A DNA stretch of 64,000 bases from Patescibacteria group bacterium (GTDB lineage: Bacteria > Patescibacteriota > Gracilibacteria > UBA1369 > 2-02-FULL-48-14): contig JAHIVE010000015.1 in the NCBI GenBank assembly GCA_018816805.1, forward strand, positions 31,104 through 95,103. The letters are read 5' to 3'. A program made the position numbers and the translations under genes. Of the stretch, positions 45,833 to 55,964 are shown piece by piece; the stretch's first letter is position 1, and each line of letters opens with the position of its first letter. The notes under the pieces are model-generated. The model saw only the letters and a program-made list of their open reading frames with translations, ran no database searches and had not been told where the DNA came from.

Positions 45833-46416
45833 TGAAAGTTGTTGTTTTGGCTTCCACGCGAGGTACTGATTTACAGGCTATTTTGGATGAAATGGACGAC
45901 GGGAAAATGCCCGGGATTGAGATTTTGAGGGTTGTTTCTAATGTAGAAGATGCAGGGGCTCTTGAGAAAGCGCGGGCGCACGGAATTGAGGCTGTTTTTG
46001 TGGATCCAAAGCAAGATGATTTTTCTGAAAAGTTAGTGGGGGCAGCTAAGGGTGCGGATTTGGTGTGTTTGATAGGTTATATGAAGATTTTGGATTCAAA
46101 TTTTGTGCGGTTTTTTAAGGGACGAATTATTAATGTTCATCCTTCCCTATTGCCGAAATTTGGAGGGAAGAATTTCTACGGTGATAAAGTTCACAAAGCT
46201 GTATTGGATTCGGGTGATAAAAAAAGCGGTATGACAATTCAATTTGTGGATGAGGGTGTTGACACAGGGCCAATTTTGCTTCAGAAAGAAGTTGTGATTG
46301 AGGATGGAGAGACAGTTGAGAGTTTAAGGCAGAAAGTGCAGGAGCTTGAAAAAAAATGGTATCCTGAAGCTATTCGCATAATTGCTAAACAGCATGAGCA
46401 AAAAATTCAAAATTAG
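45829..46416 (+). CDS. purN: Phosphoribosylglycinamide formyltransferase
   Basis: 'VVLASTRGTDLQAILD' and 'INVHPSLLPKFGG'. ATGA overlap with sdaAA. Confidence 0.9.
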   Translation: MMKVVVLASTRGTDLQAILDEMDDGKMPGIEILRVVSNVEDAGALEKARAHGIEAVFVDPKQDDFSEKLVGAAKGADLVCLIGYMKILDSNFVRFFKGRIINVHPSLLPKFGGKNFYGDKVHKAVLDSGDKKSGMTIQFVDEGVDTGPILLQKEVVIEDGETVESLRQKVQELEKKWYPEAIRIIAKQHEQKIQN

Positions 46417-46654
46417 GCATGATAGAGACGGGTGTATTGGCTGTACTTCCTGTGCAAATATTTGCCCACGATTTTGGCAAATGAACGAGCAAGACGGTCT
46501 TGCGGACTTGCAGGATGCTAAACGTTTGACAAGTGGTGATACGGAATTAACGATTTCCGAGGAAGATTTTGAGGATAATATGGAAGCAGCTGAATCTTGT
46601 CCTGTGAACGTGATTCATCTGGTTGATATTGGTTCCGGGAACGAATTAATTTAG
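46394..46654 (+). CDS. Small ferredoxin with a single Fe-S cluster
   Basis: 'CIGCTSCANICP' and a distal 'CPVNVI'. It overlaps the purN 3' end by 23 nt. The ORF-track start is a TTG at 46382. Confidence 0.7.
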   Translation: MSKKFKIRHDRDGCIGCTSCANICPRFWQMNEQDGLADLQDAKRLTSGDTELTISEEDFEDNMEAAESCPVNVIHLVDIGSGNELI

Positions 46655-47358
46655 CTTTCAGTAGTTTCCTCAGTTGAAGTCTCTTCTTCAGTTTTTGTGG
46701 CTTCAAGTGATTCCAAGAATTGCTTAATTTGAGCTTGTTGTTGCATTTTCTCGGCGTATGCATCAATTTCTTCAAGTTCTGCCATTTTTGCTTTCAATTC
46801 ATCAGGGGTACCAGCGTAAAAATCAAATTCGTATGTTCCTATTACCGCTTCATATTCTTTGCGACATTGCTCAATGTCTTGATCTCCGTCTGGCAGGTGC
46901 AGTTCAAATATTGTTGTTGGGAAACCTTCGCCATTGGTTTGAGCTTCAAAAACACGCATTTCAGGGATGCCGGTTACGGGGTTGTCAAATTGGTAGTCAA
47001 TTCCTGCCGTATAATAACTCTTAAAAGCCCATTCTGTAACTACATATTCTTTTTCAAGTTCATGACCTTGGATTCCAGGGAGAATGTAGCAAGATCCTGA
47101 GTCAAAGTTTTTATTTTCCAGGAGGATTGCTGTTCGCTCTTTTCCGTGGGTTTCTTTAATTTCCCAGATTGATGAGTCGTACTTGAACTTGAAGTGCAAG
47201 TCTGGATCAATCATTGAGTTCATTTTAACAATGTTCAGGACGCTTCCTTCAAGTGGAGGAAGGAGCGAATATGTTTGCATGGATGTGTCGAATGAGGGGT
47301 TGTCGCATCCTATTAAGAGGATTGGGATTAAAATCAAGAGTGAGATTGCTTTTTTCAT
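46651..47358 (-). CDS. Lipoprotein of unknown function
   Basis: 'MKKAISLLILIPILLIGCDNP' is a lipobox L-I-G-C. Confidence 0.7.
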   Translation of the reverse strand: MKKAISLLILIPILLIGCDNPSFDTSMQTYSLLPPLEGSVLNIVKMNSMIDPDLHFKFKYDSSIWEIKETHGKERTAILLENKNFDSGSCYILPGIQGHELEKEYVVTEWAFKSYYTAGIDYQFDNPVTGIPEMRVFEAQTNGEGFPTTIFELHLPDGDQDIEQCRKEYEAVIGTYEFDFYAGTPDELKAKMAELEEIDAYAEKMQQQAQIKQFLESLEATKTEEETSTEETTES

Positions 47359-47368
47359 TTTAAATTGG

Positions 47369-48649
47369 TTAATCCTTTTTTAGGGAGCTCATCATAGCGT
47401 TTCTGGCGGAGGGGTCAAGTGTCTCTCTGTTGTCTTTTATTGTGAGAGTTGTTTCTCCGTATACGAATTTTTGAGGTTCTATGTCTTCTGCTATGGTTAT
47501 TCCTGAGCCAATAAAGGTGCCTGAGCCTATTTTTACGCCCGGCATGAGGCTTGTATTGACGCCAATGCGGATATTGTCGCCTAGGGTTGCGCCAAGTTTG
47601 TTGCGGCTGCTTTCTGCAATTTCTTTTTCATCAAGACGAAGGTTTGCACAGATTGCGCCTGCGCCGAACGAGCAGTTGTCACCTATGACGGAGTCGCCTA
47701 TGTAGTTGGAGTGAAACCAAGTGTCATGGCCAACCAGTGAGCGGGCGACTTCAGTTGAGTAGCCGACGACTGAATTTTGTCCGATTATGGAGGAGCGGAC
47801 CAAGGCATTGTTGGCCACAATTGCATTTTTACCAATGTAGGCCGGGCCTTGGATTACTGCGTGATCAAATATTTTTGCACCGGATTCAATTGTTACCTTG
47901 CCTTTTATGACTGCTGTTTCTGCAATTTGCGCTTCTGGACTGATATTTGTTTGGCATTGGGAAAGAAAGTGGTCCAAAAGTGAGAGCGCATGCCAAGGGA
48001 ATTTTACAGATTGCCAATAGCCTTCAAAGCTAACTGCTTCGACTGTTTTTTCTTGCATTAGTTCGTTTAGGGCGCGTTCGTAGCGGTCGTCGTTTTCTGA
48101 GGAGTGATTTTCAAGTTTTTCAAAGAGGGATTGAGAGTTTTTGTGTATGTGGAGCACCAAATTTATCAGGTCTGAAGGTTCATTTCCCTCCCCCGGCTTT
48201 TCTTGGATGCCGGTGATGCGGTTTCCGTCTAATGTCAGGTAGCCACCTGGAAAATATTCGTGAACGCGATAGGCCAAAATGTATGAATCTGCGCTTCCGG
48301 ATGCGGCTTTGTGCATTAGCTGGAAAGCTTCTGGGTCCACAATGTCGTTCGAACTTACCACAAAAATGTCATCATTTTGTGTGTGAAGTTTTGCGGAAAT
48401 TAGGGCGCCGGCCATGCCTTCGTTTAAATCTTCCTGTTCAATTAGTTTTGTGTTGTGTTTTTTTGCGACTTCCCCGAGGCGTTCCATGTTGTGGGCACCG
48501 CCAATTAATATGATTTCTTCAAAGCCGGCGTTTTGAATGGCTTCAATCTGGTGTTCGATCAGATATTTCCCGCAGAATGAGAGGAAATTTTTGTCTTCTA
48601 TTGGTTTTGCTCGTTTGGAGCGACCGGATGCTAAAAGTAAGACTTTCAT
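47369..48649 (-). CDS. Sugar-phosphate nucleotidyltransferase with a C-terminal left-handed beta-helix (GlmU-like architecture)
   Basis: 'MKVLLLASGRSKRAKP' (the G-x-G-x-R nucleotidyltransferase loop). The C-terminal ~170 aa carry hexapeptide repeats ('IGDNCSFGAGAI', 'IGVNTSLMPGVKIGSG'). Confidence 0.75.
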   Translation of the reverse strand: MKVLLLASGRSKRAKPIEDKNFLSFCGKYLIEHQIEAIQNAGFEEIILIGGAHNMERLGEVAKKHNTKLIEQEDLNEGMAGALISAKLHTQNDDIFVVSSNDIVDPEAFQLMHKAASGSADSYILAYRVHEYFPGGYLTLDGNRITGIQEKPGEGNEPSDLINLVLHIHKNSQSLFEKLENHSSENDDRYERALNELMQEKTVEAVSFEGYWQSVKFPWHALSLLDHFLSQCQTNISPEAQIAETAVIKGKVTIESGAKIFDHAVIQGPAYIGKNAIVANNALVRSSIIGQNSVVGYSTEVARSLVGHDTWFHSNYIGDSVIGDNCSFGAGAICANLRLDEKEIAESSRNKLGATLGDNIRIGVNTSLMPGVKIGSGTFIGSGITIAEDIEPQKFVYGETTLTIKDNRETLDPSARNAMMSSLKKD

Positions 48650-48754
48650 AGGATTGATTAGTGCGGGTATTTTAGATTAAAAGGTAAAAAAAGGCAATGG
48701 AAAGCTTGACATTTGGGGCGTTTTGTGGTTTTATGGCGTCTATTAACAATTTCT

Positions 48755-49123
48755 ATGAAAATTTTAAGAAATTTAGCTTTGGTAGCTGCTTTAACAGGTT
48801 GCGACGGACGTGAGTCCTACCACTGTGAAGTTGAACCAAATGAGGGATCTGAACAGTTATATACTTATGGCGAAGTTGATGGGTATTGCAGAGCAAATCC
48901 CAATGATGTGGTGTCTTGTTTAAGAAGAGAAAGCGGGAGAGGCAGTGCTGCTGCAATTTCCGAGTCAGATAAATGTGATCACATTACTGACGCTATTCAG
49001 TATGGGATTTTTGGAGAAAAAATGCAGCCCGGTTGTAATCAGATTGATGAAATTGTCTGCTATGGTGGCGGTGCAGACTTTTATTGCGAGGACAGCGACT
49101 GGGAGTACGAAAATTGGCACTGA
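48755..49123 (+). CDS. Small Cys-rich lipoprotein
   Basis: 'MKILRNLALVAALTGCDG' lipobox. I prefer the internal ATG at 48755 over the ORF-track start at 48713. Confidence 0.6.
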   Translation: MKILRNLALVAALTGCDGRESYHCEVEPNEGSEQLYTYGEVDGYCRANPNDVVSCLRRESGRGSAAAISESDKCDHITDAIQYGIFGEKMQPGCNQIDEIVCYGGGADFYCEDSDWEYENWH

Positions 49124-49135
49124 TTTAATGCTAAT

Positions 49136-49723
49136 TTAGGCTTCCGGCGGCCTGTTTGGTGCAGTTTGAGTGTTCCTGAGTTCCTTGGCGCGGTTTCTAA
49201 TATTTGAGGACAGGTCTTTTTCGCCGCGTTTTAAATAACCAAGGCCTTTTAATACAATGTCTGAGCCAGGAACAACTACTCCAACCGCGTCAATTAGGAG
49301 TTCAGGTGCATCCAAGACTCCTAAACCAGGCCAGTCGCGCATATTTTGGAGAAGTTCTTCATCAACATCAATAATTCCGTAGCGAGCATTCATGTATATT
49401 GCAGTGTAAAGAGGATTCAGATTTCTTGGATCCATCATTGTGTATTTTTCAACTGCACGCATTAGAACGTTTCTGTCATCCGCTTTTAACGCAGCTTTAA
49501 GCATATTGTCGGTCATCAAATTGTCTGCAATCTTTTGGAGAGCATATGAACTTGGTGATTTTCTGTAAAGATTTACAATTTTTGCGGCTTTGTCTATGAA
49601 CATTGACTCTTCTTCTTCTGATTCAATCTCGGACTGAAGTTGGTTTAGTTCCTCTTTGGACTTTTCGTCCATTTTTTCTCCGAGTTTTCCTGGCTGAGGC
49701 CTTTCCGGTGAATCTTTTAGCAT
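49136..49723 (-). CDS. Hypothetical protein (195 aa)
   Basis: ORF 6 nt downstream of purP on the same strand. No motif. Confidence 0.5.
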   Translation of the reverse strand: MLKDSPERPQPGKLGEKMDEKSKEELNQLQSEIESEEEESMFIDKAAKIVNLYRKSPSSYALQKIADNLMTDNMLKAALKADDRNVLMRAVEKYTMMDPRNLNPLYTAIYMNARYGIIDVDEELLQNMRDWPGLGVLDAPELLIDAVGVVVPGSDIVLKGLGYLKRGEKDLSSNIRNRAKELRNTQTAPNRPPEA

Positions 49724-49729
49724 GGCATG

Positions 49730-50848
49730 TTAGGTTAGGATTTGTGAGAGTAGATTTTTTTCAATTGCGGCGCGGATTTCCATGGCAATTCTTTCACCGT
49801 AGCTTACGGGGCGGCCCCAAAGGTAGGTTGTGTGGGGCGTGAAGCGAGTGCCGGGAGATCCGGGGATGCGCATTGAAACATCAAAAATTACAATTTCCTC
49901 TTTGCCTTTGTCTGCTGCGACTGCGCCTTGAAGCGCGAATGGTCCGATTATGCCGGGATCAGAGTATTCTTTTGTGGTTTGCACGAATTTTTCACCGGCT
50001 TCGAAGGCTTTTTCTAGGATGGATTCTTTTGTTGTGACCGAAAAATGGCCGGTTTCTATCATGCTTGGGCGGTAGCCGGATTTTAAAAGTTCAAGTTGAG
50101 TGCCGGCGTCTAAGCGGAGGAATCCGTCCAAACTGGTTTGGCGACGGGCGTCTGTGCCCATTAATTCAAGTTCATTGTTCACTACTGAGTAGAAAAAGTT
50201 GAAATTGACCTGAGCACCTATTATGAATTCTTCAATTACGGCTTTTTTGAGGCCTTCTTCTGTGATTGTGCCAGCTGCGAGCATAGCTGCAGATTTTTCT
50301 TGGTATTCTTCCGGGGAAGTTGCGACGAAAAATGCTCGTTCGTAAGTGCGAGTGGCTTCGTTCACTTTGACAATTACAGGCTGGTCAATTTGGTCCGGAG
50401 AGTCGTAAAGGCGCGGGAGACGGATACCGGCTTTTTCAAGTAGCCAGTATTGGTTTTGGGGGACGTCGCGTTCCTCAAGGCGGACCATGTGGCGAGTGCC
50501 GTAAATTGGTACAGAAAAGTCGTTTTCAATCTGGTTGAAGTCGCAGTAAACCCAGAAGTAGCGGCTCAAGATGAAGATTGTGTTTTGCTTGCGGAGTTCT
50601 TCTTGGACTTCCGGCGAAACGATGTCTTTGAAGCTATCTACAAGGATTATGTGGTCAATGCAACCGCGGTTTTCACGAGTTTTAAAATATTTTGCGTAGG
50701 TTTGTTCGCGGCCGCGCTGGCAGACTGCAAGAGTTTTGAAGCCCATGCGTTTGGCGCCTTCACATACGTCAAGAGCGCTGTGACCACCGAGCACGCCGAT
50801 TGTGATGTGTGCCGGGTCCAGTGATGCAATTGTTTCTGCTATGTTCAT
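49730..50848 (-). CDS. purP: Archaeal-type FAICAR synthetase (ATP-grasp, formate-dependent), paralogue 1
   Basis: From M67 of the ORF: 'ITIGVLGGHSALDVCEGAKRMGFKTLAVC', 'VIVKVNEA', 'GPFALQGAV' and 'ERIAMEIR'. It is collinear with the second paralogue and with the archaeal PurP layout as I recall it. Confidence 0.8.
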   Translation of the reverse strand: MNIAETIASLDPAHITIGVLGGHSALDVCEGAKRMGFKTLAVCQRGREQTYAKYFKTRENRGCIDHIILVDSFKDIVSPEVQEELRKQNTIFILSRYFWVYCDFNQIENDFSVPIYGTRHMVRLEERDVPQNQYWLLEKAGIRLPRLYDSPDQIDQPVIVKVNEATRTYERAFFVATSPEEYQEKSAAMLAAGTITEEGLKKAVIEEFIIGAQVNFNFFYSVVNNELELMGTDARRQTSLDGFLRLDAGTQLELLKSGYRPSMIETGHFSVTTKESILEKAFEAGEKFVQTTKEYSDPGIIGPFALQGAVAADKGKEEIVIFDVSMRIPGSPGTRFTPHTTYLWGRPVSYGERIAMEIRAAIEKNLLSQILT

Positions 50849-50941
50849 TGGGCTTATCTTAAATGCGAGAGGCGTGAAATGGAAGAGGAATTTTTGCCTT
50901 TCAATGCTTGACGGTGTTTTTTTTCGCTTTATAGTAAAGGT

Positions 50942-51220
50942 ATGGCGATAGGAATTGAAAAAAGTCAGTATAAAATCGAGCTGCAAGAAAGAGTGCTGCG
51001 TGCTTGTGGTAAAACTGCTTTTTATCAGTTGCCATATGATGCGCAAGATCTGATTCGCGGGAGGTTTGCTGAAATTGATTCTTTTGTTGGTGATTCAATG
51101 CGTGCTGATTTTTTGGATAAGGATGTGAAAAAACTCTCAAAGGAAATTCTTAGCATAATTCGGCGCACCAGAGATGAGATTGAATTTACGGAGGCAATGA
51201 AGCCAAGGAAAAGAAGTTAA
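50942..51220 (+). CDS. Small hypothetical protein (92 aa) between the two purP genes
   Basis: The ORF fills the divergent/convergent gap. An upstream TTGACG-17-TATAGT-like promoter lies at about 50910-50938. No motif. Confidence 0.4.
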   Translation: MAIGIEKSQYKIELQERVLRACGKTAFYQLPYDAQDLIRGRFAEIDSFVGDSMRADFLDKDVKKLSKEILSIIRRTRDEIEFTEAMKPRKRS

Positions 51221-52245
51221 CCTAGAAGTTCTTCCAGACGGCCGGATTCAATGCCTTGTTTGATTTCTCTAGCTATGCGGCGGCCGGTGGACATTGGTTC
51301 GGAGTAACGGAGCCAGGTGTAAGGAGAACCGTTTGTGTAGGGGTTGGTGCCGGCGACGATTCTGGCGGAGATTTCAAAAACGCGGAAGTTGAGTTTTGGG
51401 TCTATGACACCTTCAAGGCAAAATGGGCCGTAGAGGCCTTTTGGTGTGTGGTCTAGATTTTTGGAGATTTCAACAACATTATTGCCTATTTCAAAAAACA
51501 TTGGGAGCAGTGATTCACGGACGACGACGGGGACGTTTCCAGTGATGGTATAGCTGGTGTGAATGTCTACGTCTAGCTGGTCACGAGCGGCTATGCGGCC
51601 GATTGAGTCTGCGTTGGATTCGTAGCGTTTGTCAAAGCTCATAATTTCCAGCTCGCCTGTGAGAGATGACTGAAAGTAATGAACGTACATTGGCACACCC
51701 ACAATGTATTCTTGAATAACAAAGTCGTGTTCATCAGGATGATCTTTCATTCTTTCATAGAATTCCTGGGGCGAATGGGCAATGAAGTAACCAAAGCCGC
51801 CTTTTGCGCCATGGAATTTTACAATTACTGCGCGGTCAATTTCCTCCGGAGTTTTGTAGAGTTTTGGAAGGTTAAGGCCTGCTTTTGTGAGCCACTGTCT
51901 TTCTTTTGTGCGGTCTGATTCCCAATCAAGAATGCCTTTGGAGCCGTAGTGCATTGCGCGCATTTCGTTGAAGATTTTTTCAGGACCTATGTATGAAACA
52001 AATGAGCCGTGAGGGATTATTATGGCATTTTTCTCGATTAACTTATTTTCAATTTGGAAATAATCTGTGAAATTTTCCACCTCAATTATTTCATCGGCAA
52101 CGCCGTAACTGTCATATGGTTTGCGGGTTTTTTTTGTGCAAATTGCTATTGTGTGGAAACCTTCATCTTTGGCGCCTTTCAGTATTTGAAGAGCCGTGTG
52201 ACTCCCAAGTGTGGCAATCGCGTAGTCGGAAATTTGATTTGTCAT
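51217..52245 (-). CDS. purP: Archaeal-type FAICAR synthetase (ATP-grasp, formate-dependent), paralogue 2
   Basis: 'YAIATLGSHTALQILKGAKDEGFHTIAIC', 'IIPHGSFVSY', 'VIVKFHGAKGGFGYFIA', 'FDKRYESN', 'ITGNVPVVVRESLLP', 'GPFCLEGV', 'FEISARIVAGTN' and 'GRRIAREIK'. It matches the Methanocaldococcus PurP sequence closely, as I remember it. Confidence 0.88.
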   Translation of the reverse strand: MTNQISDYAIATLGSHTALQILKGAKDEGFHTIAICTKKTRKPYDSYGVADEIIEVENFTDYFQIENKLIEKNAIIIPHGSFVSYIGPEKIFNEMRAMHYGSKGILDWESDRTKERQWLTKAGLNLPKLYKTPEEIDRAVIVKFHGAKGGFGYFIAHSPQEFYERMKDHPDEHDFVIQEYIVGVPMYVHYFQSSLTGELEIMSFDKRYESNADSIGRIAARDQLDVDIHTSYTITGNVPVVVRESLLPMFFEIGNNVVEISKNLDHTPKGLYGPFCLEGVIDPKLNFRVFEISARIVAGTNPYTNGSPYTWLRYSEPMSTGRRIAREIKQGIESGRLEELLG

Positions 52246-52305
52246 AGTGGCTTGCTAATTAATTGTGACTGTAGCAAGTTTTTTTAGGGCTGTCGAGTTG
52301 GTTTT

Positions 52306-53289
52306 TTATGCTTCCGGAATTTGTAGTATGTTCCAGAATATCTTTTTTATAGCTTCAATTTCTTGTGGCTCGTCCGGTTCTGCGTCAATAACTGTTTCTC
52401 TCCAATATTCCGGGACAGAGTTGTCCTCAAATGATTCCGTGGCAATGTTTAAATACTGAATTTTTGCTGCTCGCAAAGTTGCAAGCAATTCATTTCTGTC
52501 AATTTCCACCATTGTTTCTTCACAAAGTATTTTTGTAAGAATTCTTTCAATATTTGCTAAAACATCCAAATAAACGTGCTTATCCTTTTTTTCTACAGTC
52601 TGAAGGCTAGCTAATAATTGCATCAATGCATCCATTGTGTTTGAAGAAATTTCATCAATTGCTGCTAATTGTATGAATTCAAACGGCACATCATCTCGAT
52701 TATATAAACTGTCAATTATTAATGCATTTCCTTCCACAATAGGTTCTAGTGGCTCTTCGGATACTTTCCTGTCCATTTCAGCACATTTTATATAAGCCGA
52801 ATAAGAACAATGCCCTTGAAGTTCATCAAGCAAATGTTCGTTAATTTGGCAGTAGAGTAACCAGCCCGAATAAAAATATGGATATTCCTTTAGCAAAACT
52901 TCGAGCAATTTTTCGCCAAGTTCCATGTCGCTATCTGTTTCGAATTCCATAATTGATTCAGCCAATTCAAACCAGTGAAGAGGATTGATTGGTATTTCAG
53001 CTCTTTGAAGAATTGCGTGAGCGAGTGACCTGCAAAGGCTGTTGTATTTTTCACAAGGGGTTTCTAGAAATTCACAATGATTTGAAAAAAGCACTTCTGC
53101 AACAAGTTCGACTCCATTTTGGTGCTCAACCAATACGCGTGATAAAAAATCAAGTACTTCGTCGGCTTGAGTTGCTTCAAGATCTTCGGACATTTGCGTT
53201 GCAATAGCTTTAGCAGCTGCTTGAATTTCTTCCTGGTTGCTAAAATCAATTGCGGCTAAATCAAGTTCCTTTGCCCCCTCCAATCCCAT
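52306..53289 (-). CDS. Hypothetical acidic helical protein (327 aa)
   Basis: ORF 9 nt downstream of uppP on the same strand. No motif. Confidence 0.5.
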   Translation of the reverse strand: MGLEGAKELDLAAIDFSNQEEIQAAAKAIATQMSEDLEATQADEVLDFLSRVLVEHQNGVELVAEVLFSNHCEFLETPCEKYNSLCRSLAHAILQRAEIPINPLHWFELAESIMEFETDSDMELGEKLLEVLLKEYPYFYSGWLLYCQINEHLLDELQGHCSYSAYIKCAEMDRKVSEEPLEPIVEGNALIIDSLYNRDDVPFEFIQLAAIDEISSNTMDALMQLLASLQTVEKKDKHVYLDVLANIERILTKILCEETMVEIDRNELLATLRAAKIQYLNIATESFEDNSVPEYWRETVIDAEPDEPQEIEAIKKIFWNILQIPEA

Positions 53290-53298
53290 GTTTTGTTG

Positions 53299-54036
53299 TT
53301 ACAGGAGGGAAGTTATAACTGTTATCGCGCCGAGCGTCAATAAATATACACCAAAAATGTAGAGGGGATGTTTCTTTAAAAACTTCATTAACCAAGAAAC
53401 TGCGGCCAATCCGGAAAGAAAAGCTGCAATGAAACCTGCAGATAAAGTTGAAATGCTGAGGGATATTTCTGAGAGGTCAAAGGCAGTTAATAGTCCGGCA
53501 CCCGCAATTGCTATTGAACCAAGCATAAACGAAAATCTGGCGGCTTCTTCGCGCTTTAGACCGAGCATTTTGCCAGTGAAAATTGTTGAGCCGGAGCGGG
53601 AAACGCCGGGAATAAGTGCAACTGCTTGCGCGATTCCTATGGCTAGGACTTTTGGCCAGGTCATTTTTGAGTCTTTGAATGCGAATTTTTCCGGGATCAT
53701 GTAGAGCGCGCCAACGACTATCATTACAATTCCAACGGCTGTTGCGCTTCTAAAAATTGTGTCTATTTGGTCTGCGAGCGTGAACCCCGCAATGGCGGCA
53801 GGAATGGAACCTAAAATCAGCCAGGGCCAATATTTTGGGTTGATGATGTCGCGGCGGAAGTAAATTAAAATTGCAAGCAGGGTTGCTACGTGAAGGACTA
53901 CGTCAAAATCTTTCAGGTCCGCGACTTGTAGCTTAAAGACAGTTTCGGCAAGAACCAAATGGCCGGACGAAGAAATTGGAAGAAATTCCGTAATTCCTTG
54001 AAGGATGCCGAGTAGGATTGCTTGGAGGAGAGACAT
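53299..54036 (-). CDS. uppP: Undecaprenyl-diphosphate phosphatase
   Basis: 'ILLGILQGITEFLPISSSGHL' and 'PGVSRSGSTI'. Polytopic. Confidence 0.93.
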   Translation of the reverse strand: MSLLQAILLGILQGITEFLPISSSGHLVLAETVFKLQVADLKDFDVVLHVATLLAILIYFRRDIINPKYWPWLILGSIPAAIAGFTLADQIDTIFRSATAVGIVMIVVGALYMIPEKFAFKDSKMTWPKVLAIGIAQAVALIPGVSRSGSTIFTGKMLGLKREEAARFSFMLGSIAIAGAGLLTAFDLSEISLSISTLSAGFIAAFLSGLAAVSWLMKFLKKHPLYIFGVYLLTLGAITVITSLL

Positions 54037-55604
54037 TAGTGCTTGAATGAGCGAATTCCGGTGTGGACCATTGCTAAGCCCAGCTCGTCCGCTTTGCGGG
54101 TGACTTCGTCATCACGGATGGAACCGCCGGGTTGGATAATAGCGTGAATGCCGGCTTCACTTGCTTCCACAACCGCGTCCGGGAATGGGAAGAAGGCGTC
54201 TGAGGCCATTACTGAACCGGGGACTCGGTCGCCACCTTTGCGGCGAGCTATCATTACGCTGTCCACTCTGGACATTTGGCCCGCCCCTATTCCGGTTGCG
54301 ACAGAGCCGCCTTTGCTGTGTTTTTTTGCGAACACTACGGCGTTTGATTTGACGTGCTTGACCAGGACGCGGGCAAAAAGCATGGCTTCAATTTCGTCTT
54401 CTGAGGGTTTTTCTTTGGTTACAACTTTTAAGTCATCTTTTGTTACTACGTATTGGTCTGCGGTTTGGATGAGCATGCCTCCTGAAACGGTTTTAATTGA
54501 GCGTTGGTTTGGGTTTTTACGGAGTGGTCCGGTTTCAAGGAGGCGGAGGTTTTCGCGTTTTTTGAGGTTTTTTAGGGCTTCGTCCTCAAATGAGGGCGCA
54601 ATAATTATTTCAACAAAAAGTTTGTTTTTTTGTATGTAATCCGTGATTTCTTTTGTGCATGGCCGGTTTAAGGCAATTACGCAGCCAAAAGCGGAAAGCG
54701 GGTCAACTTCATAAGCCAAGGTGAATGCGTCTGAGATTTTAGAGGCGGTTGCGGCGCCGCATGGGTTTAAGTGTTTTATAACTGCTGCGGCGGGTTTTTC
54801 GTAATCTTTTACAAGTTCGAGCGCCGCGTCTGTGTCCAGGATGTTGTTGAAGGAAAGTTGTTTGCCTTGGAGAACTTTTGCGTTTGTAACGTTTGGAAAA
54901 TGGTCGGCTGGGTCACGGAAGAATGCGGCTTTTTGGTGCGGATTTTCCCCGTAACGAAGAGACATGACTTTTTCATAGTGGAGGTCTAGGAGTTCCACCG
55001 GTTCGCCTTTGTAACGGAGGTAGTCGGCTATTGCGTGGTCATAATTTGAGGTTTTTTCAAAAACGGTGATAGCCAGGCTGCGACGGGTTTCAAAAGAGAT
55101 GCCGCCTTGTTTTAGCTCTTCAATTATTGTTTGGTAGTCGCGAATTGCAGTTACGACGGTGACAAATTGGAAATTTTTGGCTGCGGAGCGGAGCATTGTT
55201 GGGCCGCCAATATCGATTTGTTCGATTGCTTCGTCTTCGGTTACACCTTCCCTGCTGACTGTTTCTTTGAATGGGTAAAGGTTGACCACAACCATGTCTA
55301 TTGGTTTTATGCCGTGTTTTTGGGCTTCTTCTTCATCCTGGCCTCTTCTCATGAGGATACCGCCGTGGACGAGTGGATGGAGAGTTTTTAGTCGTCCTCC
55401 CATCATTTCCTGAAAGCCGGTGAAGTCTGAAATGTCAGTAACAGGTATATTTGCTTCTTTGATAGCTTTTGCCGTGCCGCCTGTTGAAAGAATTTCTGCG
55501 CCGTGTTCATTAAGTGCACGGGCAAGCGGAATAAGATCCGTTTTATCTGAAACGCTTAGAAGTGCGCGCTCAATTTTACGGACGGAAGCTTGGTCCAAGC
55601 TCAT
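54036..55604 (-). CDS. purH: Bifunctional AICAR transformylase / IMP cyclohydrolase
   Basis: '[30 protein letters not shown]', 'LKTLHP.VHGGIL' and '[10 protein letters not shown]'. 522 aa. Confidence 0.97.
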   Translation of the reverse strand: MSLDQASVRKIERALLSVSDKTDLIPLARALNEHGAEILSTGGTAKAIKEANIPVTDISDFTGFQEMMGGRLKTLHPLVHGGILMRRGQDEEEAQKHGIKPIDMVVVNLYPFKETVSREGVTEDEAIEQIDIGGPTMLRSAAKNFQFVTVVTAIRDYQTIIEELKQGGISFETRRSLAITVFEKTSNYDHAIADYLRYKGEPVELLDLHYEKVMSLRYGENPHQKAAFFRDPADHFPNVTNAKVLQGKQLSFNNILDTDAALELVKDYEKPAAAVIKHLNPCGAATASKISDAFTLAYEVDPLSAFGCVIALNRPCTKEITDYIQKNKLFVEIIIAPSFEDEALKNLKKRENLRLLETGPLRKNPNQRSIKTVSGGMLIQTADQYVVTKDDLKVVTKEKPSEDEIEAMLFARVLVKHVKSNAVVFAKKHSKGGSVATGIGAGQMSRVDSVMIARRKGGDRVPGSVMASDAFFPFPDAVVEASEAGIHAIIQPGGSIRDDEVTRKADELGLAMVHTGIRSFKH

Positions 55605-55643
55605 GATTTTTAAGGTTAGAGCGTGGAGAGTTTACTCTTAAGT

Positions 55644-55895
55644 TCAAGGCAAATCAATACCTCCCTTGCTCCAGGGGTTGCAACGGATGATTCGCCATAA
55701 GCCTTTTAGTCCGCCTTTAATAAGGCCGTAACGACCGATTGCCGTGTGCGAATAGGCTGAGCAAGAGGGTGTAAAGCGGCAAAATCCACCCGGAAAACGA
55801 TGACGGAGCCAGGAATGGTCCGGGGAAATTGTTTTTTGGTAAAAACGGATTAGGAGTTGGGCTATGCGGCGTGGAAGGTAGAGGAGGTGGTTCAT
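55644..55895 (-). CDS. yidD: Membrane protein insertion efficiency factor YidD
   Basis: 'FYQKTISP..CRFTPSCSAYSHTAIGRYGLIKGGLKGLWRIIRCNPW'. Confidence 0.88.
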   Translation of the reverse strand: MNHLLYLPRRIAQLLIRFYQKTISPDHSWLRHRFPGGFCRFTPSCSAYSHTAIGRYGLIKGGLKGLWRIIRCNPWSKGGIDLP

Positions 55896-55964
55896 AAGTG
55901 TTTAAAAGTAGTTGCTCCCGTTGGTCGCCTTTTTTTTAGGCACCCTCCGCTAACGCTTCGGGTG

